Source: Macrostomum lignano (taxonomy: Eukaryota). Taken from it: a DNA stretch of 64,000 bases. The DNA is taken from positions 1 to 64,000 of the forward strand of contig NIVC01001567.1 of assembly GCA_002269645.1 (NCBI GenBank), read 5' to 3'. The position numbers and the translations under genes are program-made. Every line of letters starts with the position of its first letter. Position 1 is the first letter of the stretch. Positions 1-11,074 of this stretch are shown here, one piece after another. The notes under the pieces were generated by a model that had not been told where the DNA came from, did not search any database, and saw only the letters and a program-made list of their open reading frames with translations.

Positions 1-794
1 AATTTATTTGAAATATAACTGAAGTATAGTACTTTAATATTATTTTATAGCTAATTAATTGTATTCTGCCAAATATTACGTTTTTTTTCTCTGCTTTGCT
101 TTTTGCTCCATATTTTTATAAATTATAGTCATATTTACATATATCTTTTAAAAGTACTCATCCTTTCACATTTTATTTTGTAGTTATCAGTCAAATTTAA
201 CTTGAATTTTCCTTTTGTTTGCATAATTTTGACTTAAGACTTTAGTTTTGAAGTAAGTATTCTTTTTATTTCTTCATATGTTTTAGCATAGTACAAAATA
301 TCTGTAGTACTCTGCTTAATGGTAGAAGTTTGTGGACACTTTTTATAAATTCTGCTCAATTTATTATAAATTTAGCATTTTTGCTAGACAATATATACAT
401 GCCAATGCTCCTTATATCAAGCAATGCTTGAAAAGTGCTAGACACTTAGTTTATGGTGAATTTTTACCAAGGGATGTTTTTTTGCTGATATAGAATTCTA
501 GAAGCATGTACAAAAACATGGATATGCCTGAAAAAACTCTAGAAAATATGCACTAAATCCAAAAAAATGTTGAAAGCACAAAAACTACATGGCACACACC
601 GCCTATATGCCAGTATATTATGCTGCAGCATATTAATCCACAATCCAGTAGCAGTGCTAGTGTTCGTAGTTTAACTAAATTTGCCACCAGAAAAGAGTTG
701 AGTTAACTTGGTAAAGAGTAGCATGTTTTCTGTGTTTAGCTAATTAGTTTCTTTATCATTCTGAAATATTTACTAACATGTTTATTTAGACAGG

Positions 795-2844
795 ATGGGC
801 AACGACAAAAACAGCATCAAGGACAACACTAGCATTAACAAGGATACAAGTGCTTCTTCTGTTGCTGCCAATAGTAAGTTTTGTACATTTGTTGCAACTT
901 GCAGGTGATAGGTGCTACTTTCAGGAATAGTTTCAAAGCAATCCTACCTTTATTATTAATATTCACACCTTAGGAAACCAGCTTTTACTAGCATTCTTGG
1001 CTGCCCATTTGGGCAACAGACAAACTAAAAAGTTCCTGCACTACACAATTTATTTACCAAACAATAAATCTCAATTGTTCACACTATAACTCACACTGAA
1101 TAGTTCACAGGTAATTCTGTAAAAAAGTGTTTTTCAGATGTCTAAAAATGTGAATTTTTCAAACTCTTAACTGACGCAGCTCAAATCAATAGTTCACACT
1201 CAATAGTTTAGATTGAATAGTTTCGCCTGAATAGTTTTGACAGACAGAATAATTTCAACTGAATAGTTACAACTGAATAGTTTAGACTTAATAATCTTGA
1301 CTGAGTAGTTTTGACTGAATAGTGTGAACTCAATAGTTTCGACTGAGTAGTTTCGACTGAATAGTTTCGACAAAGGGAATAAATTCAATTGGAATCTGAC
1401 CTTGTTTGACAGATCATTAAAATAATTATAGAAACTCTATTTTCGAATGTTTAACACCCTTAGAATTTGAGCAGATTTAAGAAATTTTGACCACTGTATA
1501 ATCAGTGCAAAATCTGCAATAGTTTAGAAAAAACGCTATCAAAATTGATCAAGAATGGCACGCTCTAGAGCGAAATAGATGGACAGACATATATATATAT
1601 ATATATATATAGGTAGATTTATAAATTTCTTTTTTACTGTGACTTTAAACAGGTGCGAAAAAGTGCGGACGGCCGAAGAAGAAAAACTGGAGCCGCTCCA
1701 AGAATAATATTAAAGTTGCTGCTGTCGGTGATTTAACTGCTGGCGAAGAACAGATTCAAGAGCCAGATGTACAACCGGAAGCTGCTGCTGCCTCTTCTAT
1801 TGCCGCTGCTGGGACTAAAGCTGGTGCTTCTGCTGATGCTGCTGCTAAAACTGAGTCTGTGATTAAGCTGGACGAGGCTGGTCTGGCTGCCCTGCTAGCT
1901 GAACATGATGCTGCTCTGGCCGACGCTCTGGCTGCTTCGGAATACCCCGTGGTCGAAGGTGATGCTGAAGTGCCCAATTCTGGTGCTGCTTACAATGAGC
2001 AACTTATAGGCTACTTGAGTGCTGGTGAGAGTTTTATTTTTTATTGAATTTCTATGCATAGTACAAGTTAATTTTCTTTCTTACATCTGACTTTGCTTGC
2101 GAATATTGAAAATTAGATTTTAGTGTTTACGACTTGTGCAAAATACAATTAATGCTCAATTCCTTAAAATTATCATACCTCACTGTTTAAGAGTTGTATT
2201 CTTTTACAGATGAAACAGGTGCTACTGCAATGGATTTTGCCGAAGGTCATGTAACTGCTGCTGTACAAGTCCAACCTGTATGGGTTCCTTTTTCTTCGTG
2301 TCGCGTTGAGAATGTACGAGGTGACGGCAACTGTTTTTTCACGGCCATATTGAGACAATTACAAGAACTGCCAGGTTTTTCCGCCTATCAATCGCTAAGC
2401 GTAGAAGATTTTCGAGATGCGGTTGCTGCAGAATTCGAGCAATGGGTGCATCGCGATGTCAATAATCAGGAAAGAATTATGCAAACAGGACTGAATTGGG
2501 AAAAAGTGCGCGACGATACAAGGCGTCCCCGTATGTACGTGCCATGCGGAGTTCCAGAACTAATTGGTGAACTGTTGCGGCTAGAAGTGTTTATTTATCA
2601 GTCAAACATGCTTAATCTAGCGCGGCCTGGCCATTATTCCCGACCGAATATTGGAGAACGTTTGGCTACTATTCGATTGTTGTTTAATCCTGGTAGTCAA
2701 CACTACGAAATCGTTCGTGTCAATGATTTGGAAGTTAATGAAGCAAGCTCAGTTCGGCCGACTGGCCAAGGAGATTTGAGCGCCAAGAATGTGGAAATGC
2801 CCCTCTCAACGAGAATGTTCATGTTGTCGAAGATCCTGTTGTAA
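795..2844 (+). CDS. Spliced N-terminal part of the Helitron protein: exons 795-873, 1653-2024, 2210-~2790; AT-hook-like motif, Ala/Glu-rich linker and OTU-family cysteine protease
   Basis: ATG at 795 (MGNDKNSIKD...). Donor GTAAGT at 874, acceptor CAG ending 1652, donor GTGAGA at 2025, acceptor CAG ending 2209; both introns are phase 1 and join in frame. Exon 2 begins AKKCGRPKKK. Exon 3 has VENVRGDGNCFFTAI (OTU catalytic Asp/Cys) and GSQHYE (catalytic His). Confidence 0.75.
1095..1370 (+). repeat. Degenerate short repeat (CTGAATAGTTT-like) in Helitron intron 1
   Basis: About ten irregularly spaced copies of ctgaatagtt / ctgagtagtt / tcaatagtt. Confidence 0.6.
1588..1610. repeat. (AT)n microsatellite
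   Basis: Directly visible. Confidence 0.9.
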
Positions 2845-5800
2845 TGATGCCACCTCCAGCTCCACCAATGACGCCTTTTGAAAAGGTTGCAGACTGGACC
2901 CGAGTTCAAAGTAGGCATTGGAAGGGACGTTGTAGAAATCAAGCAAAGTCCTTGGAAAATAATACGAGTTTGTTTGCGCATCCGAATTCATATGAAGTGC
3001 TTCGGGATCGGAACAACTCTGTCTGGAATTGGAATGTCGATCTTGACGCGGAGGATAGCGCAGAGTCAGTTGAAATTGAGCATGTGTCAGAGTCAGTTAA
3101 AAGTGATCGTGTGTCAGAGTCCGTGCCATCAAATGTTCCGCGGCGCAGTCGGCGTAAAAAGGATGTTGGGAAGGCAAGTTGCGCTACGCGTCGGAGTAGT
3201 CGACTGAGCGCTAAAGCAAACACATTAGAGTCTGTGTCTGTTGCAGCCTCTAGTGTATCTGGTCAGAGCTTATTGAGAAGAAGCAGTCGCACTCGGAGAG
3301 CACCATGTTGCAGTTGCATCGGTTGTGGCGACTCAGTTTCGGCGGTTTCAAGCGTTTCTTGCCATTTGGAAAAAGGAAGAGGTCGAGAAAAGAAGAGCGA
3401 CGTTGTACCAAGTGCTCCTACTCGTCGCAGCGAGCGTTTGAAAAACCAGCAGCAAGTGGTCAACTATGCAAATTCTTTACCACGGAAACAGAGATTGACA
3501 AACGCAGAAAATCATATCTGCGAACCCGTTCGATCGTCGCCTAGGAAGACGGCACCTTTGCAGCAGGAGCAGCAAGATAAACGTCAGTCTGATAATATTC
3601 CAGCTACTTCTACGTATTCATCACCACGAAAGACACGTGCTACTCAGGAGAAGCCTGATGAAGCGATCCGTTCGTCACCCAGAAAGCGGCCTACAATGGA
3701 GCAGCAGCCAGCTAAAGAAAATGTTCCGCAGAGCAGCACTTCAGAAGAGAGCGCTCAAGATGCTCCAATTGTTGAAGATGAAATCGGAGATCCTAATCTG
3801 CCAAAGTGCCTTCGCAATCCGTTCACAGACCAGTTCAAAAAGATGAGGCAAGACTTTTTCAATGAAAACATAACAAAAGTATCACATTTGAAACAGTGCT
3901 ACGTGTGTAGGGAAAAGTTTCCTGGAAAATATTTTAGCATCGATTCTGAAGACATGTGCGATCGTTGTTTCAGAGATGACAATGAGCCGAAATCGTTTAG
4001 CCAAGAAAACAATGCGATTCCGATGTTGGAGCAGCCAGAAGATTTGCAAGATTTGAGTGTAGCAGAGCAAATGTTGATTTCGCCAGTTTTGTCGGTTATT
4101 GTTGTGGTACAAATTTTTCCCCAAAAGCAAACAAAATCGAGAGGACACGGAATCATGTTGCCTCAAGATCAGTCGCACGTTTTGCGAGAGCTGCCAAGAC
4201 GATCTCTGCCAGTTGTTTTAATGTACGACGAAAGAGCCCGTGTTCAGCCTGGAGAAGCGCAAAGCGGCACAATGAACAATTTGCGAGTTCGACGCGACAA
4301 AGTGACTAATGCGATGCGCTATTTAATGGCAAACAACAAGTACTTTAGACAGTATCAGGTTTCAATGAATAATGATGCGTTGCTACATCTGCCTGAAGAT
4401 GGTTATGCTCATCAAGTAGAAGGTATGATTGTCGAAATGCAGTCTGACAATGAAGTGAATTTCGAGGCGGCACAGCAAGAAGGCGGCTCAGCCAGAGCTG
4501 AGCGATTGCAGCAACAAGTAGAAAAAAATGCGGACGAGACGAACGAGCTCGAGGAAACAATTAGTTCGCTGTTGGAGACTCCTTTGCGTCGATTGGAATC
4601 GGCAGTACGAGACAAATTTTTGAGTGAAAAATTGAAATGGCCAGCAAGAAGCAACGAGCCGGTAAACGAATTTCAGGATGAAGGATATTTTACATTGGCT
4701 TATCCTCATCTCTTTCCGGATGGAGCAGGAGATTATAGTACGCCACGTAATTTTGGACTAAGTTTGGGCGACTATGCAAAGCATTTGATGCAATTCCGGT
4801 GTCCAAGATTTCGTACCGATTTGCGGTTTAAATTTTACATTGAAAATATGGTGATGCGTTGGAGGGCGCTGGAAGTTGGTCGCGTGTTTGTACACGACAA
4901 CAAGTATGCTGGATTAAGTGCCAAGGAAATGATTGAAGCACTAAATGACCCGGCAGTATTGGCTAGCGTGTCAGTTCGAGCATCAGATTTGCGAGGCACA
5001 AGCGCTTATTGGCAGAGTAAAGGACGGCAATTGGAAGCCATGATTCGAACGCTTGGTGTTCCTCATTTTTTCGTGACACTATCGGCAGCAGATGTACATT
5101 GGCCAGAGTTGCAGCATGCCTGGGGAATCGATGCAGAGCAATATGAAAGCAATGTAGAACTAAGAGCAGAAATGTTGTCAAAGTTGCAAAAAGATCCCGG
5201 AATGGCAGACACTGTGTTTTGGTTGCGATTTGAAACATGTTTGAAACGTTTTTTGGTCGAGCACTGGAAAGTAAACGATTATTGGTTTCGCATAGAATAT
5301 CAGAGTCGCGGAAGTCCACACGTTCACGGTTGCATTTGGATGCCAGATGGTGTTGATGTGACATCGAATACATTGAATGCAGAAGAATTGACGAGCTTTG
5401 TTGACAAGTACATCTGTAGTTGGAATTTGGCCATGGACGAATCGGATTATGGAAATCAAGTTTTGAATGGCAGTTTAGCAGGTCAAGGTCATCCAGCTCA
5501 ACTGAAACCGGAAGAGATTGAAAATGACAAGCAAGATTTGCAGTTAATTTCGCATTTGACAGAGAGGCACACTATTTGCAGTAAAAAGTGCTTGCGAACA
5601 GTAAAAGGCAAACAAGAGTGCCGATTCAAGTATCCGCGCGAGCCGCAGGAAAAGACTGTTGCAAAGCGAGTATCCCGTTTAAATTGGCAAGTTGAGACGC
5701 AGCGCAACGACGAGCGAATGATTTCTCACAGTCCGCAGTTGCTGTGCATGTGGAGAGCCAATGTCGATGTTCAAATGATTTCGTCCGTGAAGAATTTGAT

Positions 5801-8237
5801 TCGCTATTTGATCAAGTATGCGACAAAAAGCGAAAAGGAGTCGGATTATATGGCGGAGCTGACAAAGCGTCTTCATAAGGAGTTGGAAGATAATGCAGAA
5901 CAGAATGCCGATAACAATTTTCAGCGTAGCAACACTGCAAGGCGTGTTGTACAACAACACTTGATGGCGCAAGTTGGAGCGCGTGATTATTCGGCGCAAG
6001 AGGCAATGCATTTGCTATTGCAGACGTCAATGTACAAGGGTTCGCGAGAATTTGTTTTTGTTCAGACTGGCGAAACCCGCGCAGTGGAGGAAAAGGGTGT
6101 TTGCAGGAATAGTTGCGACAAGTATTCAAAGCGTGCAAAGAATTTGGAAAATGTAACAATGTTTCGTTTCTTTTCCGACTACTGTCTCAGCCCTAATGGG
6201 AGGTGCACAAAAAGGCCGAAACAAGTAGTTTTGCTAATCAGTCCATTTTTTCGACCGAATGAGCAATCAGACGAAAGACGCGAAGGCTATTATCGGCAGC
6301 AGGTTTTGTTGTACAGTTGTTGGCGAAATGAGCGAGAAGCCAAAGGTTTGCACACAAGCTGGCAGCAAGCGTACGAAGCCATGCCTGCTGAGAATCGATG
6401 CGAGCTGCAGCTGCCCAATTTGGACGATTTGCGCAACGACGAAGCTGACGAAGAAGTCGAAGCAGTTGCGGAGCTACCCGAAATGACCAACGCAAATGCG
6501 CAATCTGCTGCTCAGCCAACTTATGAGCACGAAGAGCAAGAAGATTGGATGGTTGCAGTGGGGGCACTTCATCGCGAGAGAAATCTATTGGCCTGTCCAG
6601 AAGATCAATTGCCAAAGCCGCCAGAAAATTTTGACTGGAGCGCAGCTAGTGGCGGCCAGTTTCCAACGGTTGGAGAAGCAAAGGCGTTTTTAAGTAGCGA
6701 CCTAAAACTTGGCGCAAGAGAAGTCGCTGACATGCCGATAAACAGTGTTGAATCGCTTAATGTTCGGCAGCGAGAAATGTACAACCTAATTGAAAGTCAT
6801 TTGCAGCTTTCAAGACTAGCCGAAGAAAACCAAGGCGAAAAGCCGGAGCCTCTCAAAGCAATTTTGTATGGTAGCGCTGGAACTGGAAAAAGCTACTTGA
6901 TTTCTACATTGCGTCGGTTGATTGGAGAATCAAGATGCAGAATTATGGCATCAACAGGCGTAGCCGCTTTCAATATTGCAGGCGAAACTTTGCACTCGGC
7001 TTTGAAATTGAATGTAAATTTTAGTGCTGGTGTTGGCAAGAAATCCCTAATGGAGATGCAAGAGCAGTGGAAAGATGTGCGCTACATTTTTATTGACGAA
7101 TTTAGCATGCTTGGCCAAAGGTTACTCCGTAAGGTGGATGCTCGTTTGCGCGAATTGTTTCCAGAACACAGTAAACAGAGTTTTGGTGGTCGATCTGTAA
7201 TCCTAATTGGCGACGTGTTTCAATTGCCTCCAGTTTTGGACACGCAACTGTACGTTTACAATCCAAATCAAAAGAAGCACGATATATTGAAATCTGAAGG
7301 CTATAAATTGTACATGGAGTTCAAAAAGGTTGTGCATCTGACAGAACAAGTCCGACAAGCAAACGATACGGAATTCGCCCAGTTGTTGGATAAACTTCGC
7401 GAAGGCAAGGCCGACGAAGCCTGCTGGAATTCGTTGATGAACAATTGTCGCGTCTATGCTCCCGACCTTTTGCCTGAAGGTTTCCAAAGCGGGTGTACAT
7501 TTTTATATCACACTAACGAGGATGTGAGAAATCGCAACTACATGCTATTGGGAAAGATGGTTTCCGAATTGAATCCTGTGCGGCAAATTAACGCAATTTG
7601 TAAAGGAGACGAAGCAAAATTGTGTGGCAAAAAGAAGGAACATAAAAAATCGGATACGAATCTGGAGAAGCGACTCTATTTGTGTATTGGTGCTCGAGTA
7701 ATGCTAACTAGAAATCTGTCAGTACGCAATGGACTTGTGAATGGATCAGTTGGAACTGTACGAGGAATTTGCTACGCTCCTGGAAGGCAATCACCAAAGG
7801 ATTGGCCAGATTGTATTTGGGTTGAATTTGACAATTATTCTGGCCCAGCAATGGGGGCAATTGTACAAGATAATCGTGCAATTCGTGTAGTGCCAATTCT
7901 GTCAGTAACGAATGAAAAGTTTAAAGGAGGAGCCCAATTGTCGCGTCAACAATTTCCACTACGATTGGCTTGGGCTAGTACGATTCACAAGAGCCAAGGA
8001 CTTACAATTCCAAAAGCGTACGTGGCGTTTAGCAAAGGAGGCGCCAGGAAAGCTATTCCAGCTGGATTATTTTATACTGCGGTGAGTAGAGTTCGTGCAT
8101 TTGCAGATTTGCGAGTATCAAGTTGCGATTACAACAATTTCGTGAGCCTTTTTTCTGCACAAAAAGTGCAGACGCAGTTGCATGAGCAAAAGCGTTTGCT
8201 GAGAATGTGCTCATCCGCGAATTCTGATAGCCGCTAA
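2844..8237 (+). CDS. Helitron Rep (HUH endonuclease) - PIF1-like SF1 helicase, 1797 aa
   Basis: CxxC...CxxC (CYVC/MCDRC), TLSAADVHWPEL, IEYQSRGSPHVHGCIW (HUH), CRFKYP, YLIKYATK (catalytic Tyr), GSAGTGKS (Walker A), IFIDEFSM (Walker B), GDVFQLPPV, QFPLRLAWASTIHKSQGLT, YTAVSRV. Confidence 0.95.
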   Translation: MMPPPAPPMTPFEKVADWTRVQSRHWKGRCRNQAKSLENNTSLFAHPNSYEVLRDRNNSVWNWNVDLDAEDSAESVEIEHVSESVKSDRVSESVPSNVPRRSRRKKDVGKASCATRRSSRLSAKANTLESVSVAASSVSGQSLLRRSSRTRRAPCCSCIGCGDSVSAVSSVSCHLEKGRGREKKSDVVPSAPTRRSERLKNQQQVVNYANSLPRKQRLTNAENHICEPVRSSPRKTAPLQQEQQDKRQSDNIPATSTYSSPRKTRATQEKPDEAIRSSPRKRPTMEQQPAKENVPQSSTSEESAQDAPIVEDEIGDPNLPKCLRNPFTDQFKKMRQDFFNENITKVSHLKQCYVCREKFPGKYFSIDSEDMCDRCFRDDNEPKSFSQENNAIPMLEQPEDLQDLSVAEQMLISPVLSVIVVVQIFPQKQTKSRGHGIMLPQDQSHVLRELPRRSLPVVLMYDERARVQPGEAQSGTMNNLRVRRDKVTNAMRYLMANNKYFRQYQVSMNNDALLHLPEDGYAHQVEGMIVEMQSDNEVNFEAAQQEGGSARAERLQQQVEKNADETNELEETISSLLETPLRRLESAVRDKFLSEKLKWPARSNEPVNEFQDEGYFTLAYPHLFPDGAGDYSTPRNFGLSLGDYAKHLMQFRCPRFRTDLRFKFYIENMVMRWRALEVGRVFVHDNKYAGLSAKEMIEALNDPAVLASVSVRASDLRGTSAYWQSKGRQLEAMIRTLGVPHFFVTLSAADVHWPELQHAWGIDAEQYESNVELRAEMLSKLQKDPGMADTVFWLRFETCLKRFLVEHWKVNDYWFRIEYQSRGSPHVHGCIWMPDGVDVTSNTLNAEELTSFVDKYICSWNLAMDESDYGNQVLNGSLAGQGHPAQLKPEEIENDKQDLQLISHLTERHTICSKKCLRTVKGKQECRFKYPREPQEKTVAKRVSRLNWQVETQRNDERMISHSPQLLCMWRANVDVQMISSVKNLIRYLIKYATKSEKESDYMAELTKRLHKELEDNAEQNADNNFQRSNTARRVVQQHLMAQVGARDYSAQEAMHLLLQTSMYKGSREFVFVQTGETRAVEEKGVCRNSCDKYSKRAKNLENVTMFRFFSDYCLSPNGRCTKRPKQVVLLISPFFRPNEQSDERREGYYRQQVLLYSCWRNEREAKGLHTSWQQAYEAMPAENRCELQLPNLDDLRNDEADEEVEAVAELPEMTNANAQSAAQPTYEHEEQEDWMVAVGALHRERNLLACPEDQLPKPPENFDWSAASGGQFPTVGEAKAFLSSDLKLGAREVADMPINSVESLNVRQREMYNLIESHLQLSRLAEENQGEKPEPLKAILYGSAGTGKSYLISTLRRLIGESRCRIMASTGVAAFNIAGETLHSALKLNVNFSAGVGKKSLMEMQEQWKDVRYIFIDEFSMLGQRLLRKVDARLRELFPEHSKQSFGGRSVILIGDVFQLPPVLDTQLYVYNPNQKKHDILKSEGYKLYMEFKKVVHLTEQVRQANDTEFAQLLDKLREGKADEACWNSLMNNCRVYAPDLLPEGFQSGCTFLYHTNEDVRNRNYMLLGKMVSELNPVRQINAICKGDEAKLCGKKKEHKKSDTNLEKRLYLCIGARVMLTRNLSVRNGLVNGSVGTVRGICYAPGRQSPKDWPDCIWVEFDNYSGPAMGAIVQDNRAIRVVPILSVTNEKFKGGAQLSRQQFPLRLAWASTIHKSQGLTIPKAYVAFSKGGARKAIPAGLFYTAVSRVRAFADLRVSSCDYNNFVSLFSAQKVQTQLHEQKRLLRMCSSANSDSR

Positions 8238-8250
8238 CTTGCTATTCTAA

Positions 8251-9826
8251 AGTCGGCAACTATTTAGTCAGCAACTATCCATCCAGTCAGCATCCGTCCA
8301 GTCAGCAGCCGTCAGTCAGCAACAATCCAGTCAGCAACCATCCAGTCAGCAACCATCCAGTCAGCAAACATCCATCCAGTCAGCAACCATTCGTCCAGTC
8401 AGCATCCATCCAGTCAGCAACCATCCAGTCAGCAACCATCCAGTCAGCATCCGTCCAGTCAACAACAGTCCATCCAGTCAGCAGCCATCCTGTCAGCAGC
8501 CATCCAGTCAGCAGCCATCCAGTCAGCAACCGTCCATCCAGTCAGCACCCATCCAGTCAACAACCATCCAGTCAGCGACCATCCAGTCAGCAACCATCCA
8601 GTCAGCAACCATCCAGTCAGCAAACATCCATCCAGTCAGCAACCATCCAGTCAACAACAGTCCATCAAGTCAGCAACCAATCATCCAGTCAGCAACAATC
8701 CAGTCAGCAACAATCCAGTCAGCAACAATCCAGTCACAACCATACATCCAGTCAGCAACCATCCAGTCAGCAACCGTCCATCCAGTCAGCAACAATCCAG
8801 TCAGCAACAATCCAGTCAGCAACCGTCCATCCAGTCAGCAACTATCCAGTCAGCAACCATCCATCCAGTCAGCAACCGTCCAGTCAGCAACCATCTAGTC
8901 AGCAATCATCCATCCAGTCAGCAACCATCCAGTCAACAACCGTCCATCCAGTCAGCAACCATCCAGTCAACAACCATCCAGTCAGCGACCATCCAGTCAG
9001 CAACCATCCAGTCAGCAACCATCCAGTCAGCAACCATCCAGTCAGCAAACATCCATCCAGTCAGCAACCATCCAGTCAACAACAGTCCATCCAGTCAGCA
9101 ACCATCCATCCAGTCAGCAACAATCCAGTCACAACCATACATCCAGTCAGCAACCATCCAGTCAGCAACCGTCCATCCAGTCAGCAACAATCCAGTCAGC
9201 AACAATCCAGTCACAACCATACATCCAGTCAGCAACCATCCAGTCAGCAACCGTCCGTCCAGTCAGCAACAATCCAGTCAGGAACAATCCAGTCAGCAAC
9301 CATCCAGTCAGCAACCATCCAGTCAGCAACCGTCCATCCAGTCAGCAACAATCCAGTCACAACCATCCGTCCAGTCAGCAACCATCCAGTCAGCAAACAT
9401 CCATCCAGTCGGAAACCATCCAGGCAGCAACCATCTAGTCAGCAACCATCCATCGAGTCAGCAACCGTCCAGTCAGCAACCATCCAGTCAGCAGCCATCC
9501 AGTCAGCAGCCATCCTGTCAGCAGCCATCCAGTCAGCAAACATCCATCCAGTCAGCAACCATCCATCCAGTCAGCACCCATCCAGTCAACAACCATCCAG
9601 TCAGCGACCATCCAGTCAGCAACAATCCAGTCACAACCATACGTCCAGTCAGCAACCATCCAGTCAGCAACCATCCGTCCAGTCAGCAACCATTCCAGTC
9701 AGCAACAATCCAGTCACAACCATACGTCCAGTCAGCAACCATCCAGTCAGCAACCGTCCATCCAGTCAGCAACCATCCAGTCAGCAACAATCCAGTCACA
9801 ACCATACGTCCAGTCAACAACCATCC
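8251..9826 (+). repeat. ~15-bp satellite (CAGTCAGCAACCATC, with 19-bp CATC/CGTC insertion variants)
   Basis: Continuous array starting about 15 bp after the helicase stop codon. Confidence 0.97.
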
Positions 9827-11074
9827 AATTATTTACGATAAATTGCGTAATTTGCGTTGCAGTGGCTGCTGAATTCTCATAAGCAAAGCACTTAAAAAGC
9901 TAATGTCTGCTCGAGTTACAATTTAAATATTCTTTCCAAAAACGAACACTCTATTGAGTGGGTACTGCGCGCATGTTTGCCGTTTGGCGGTTTTGATACA
10001 AATTTGCGAAACTATTATTGCGCGCAGCACCGCCCACAAAATGTGCAGTGAAAGTCCCTAAAAGTGTGAGTAGCATTGATTAACCTTTCACAGTGTAAAA
10101 AAATTTACAGTGTAAAAAATGGTGTAAAGTTTCCATAAAAATATCTTTGTTTTTAATTCTCATTGCACTGTGTGAGGTTAGTTAAATGCTCGACGCTTTT
10201 TGTTTTAGACACGGCAGTATTTTTCTCATATAATAGTTTACATATTTATTGATTAATTCGTTTTTTCGGAGTTTTGAAAGCTGCTGTGCCTAATTATGGA
10301 TTTAGCTAAATGATCAGGCTACCTAATGTTGGGTAACTTGTATCAAATGGCAAAGCATTTCACTGCAAAGTCGCATCCGGTGGTTTCACGTACCTGTGGG
10401 CGTTAAACTGTACATTTGAAATGCTGAATTTCTAGGAAAATCTCATTTCAAATTACAGTGAACAGAATCGGAGCGGCGAAAATTTTTTTTAACTAATTTC
10501 GTTGTTAATTGCAAGATTATTTTTCGTAAGTCCAAATGTCCAAGATATTTATTATGAGTATTATTTCTTGGACCTTAGTATATGATGTTAATTCATGTGT
10601 CTCAGTTTGATTTTTTGAGTCTATTTAATAGAACTTTGTGATTAAAAAATTAATGAATGGTAAATTATAATTAATTAGTCACATAGGACATATGTAACTA
10701 AAATACGTAGCATCTAAGTAGTTTACAATAGTTTAACATTTTTAGGGTTTTATGTGTTGCAAAACTGTACTCAAATAAATCAAAAATAATTTCGAAATAT
10801 TGAGCAATTAATGCACTTCGACCTGCTAAGGTGGCACACCTTCAATCTAGTCTAGGATTCTATAAATCCAGGAATATTCAGATCTGGGATCCTATGGATC
10901 CAACTGGTCAAAGCAGGTGGCGCCCCTTGTTTACATCTCAGTAGACCGTGGCCTGAACCGAACTGCTATCATTTATCGCGAATAATCAATGCAACTCAAG
11001 CAGATTGGTTAAATATTATGCCATTTAGTAGTACAGTGAGTACTTTATTCGTAAATGTACAAGCCAGAGCTCAC

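Larger units (their letters stand above)
795..9830 (+). mobile_element. Helitron2/Helentron-like rolling-circle transposon; termini not resolved
   Basis: Rep-helicase gene with RGS in Rep motif 2, an N-terminal OTU domain and a 3' subterminal tandem array. No convincing terminal hairpin or sub-TIR was identified, so the coordinates are minimal. Confidence 0.8.
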
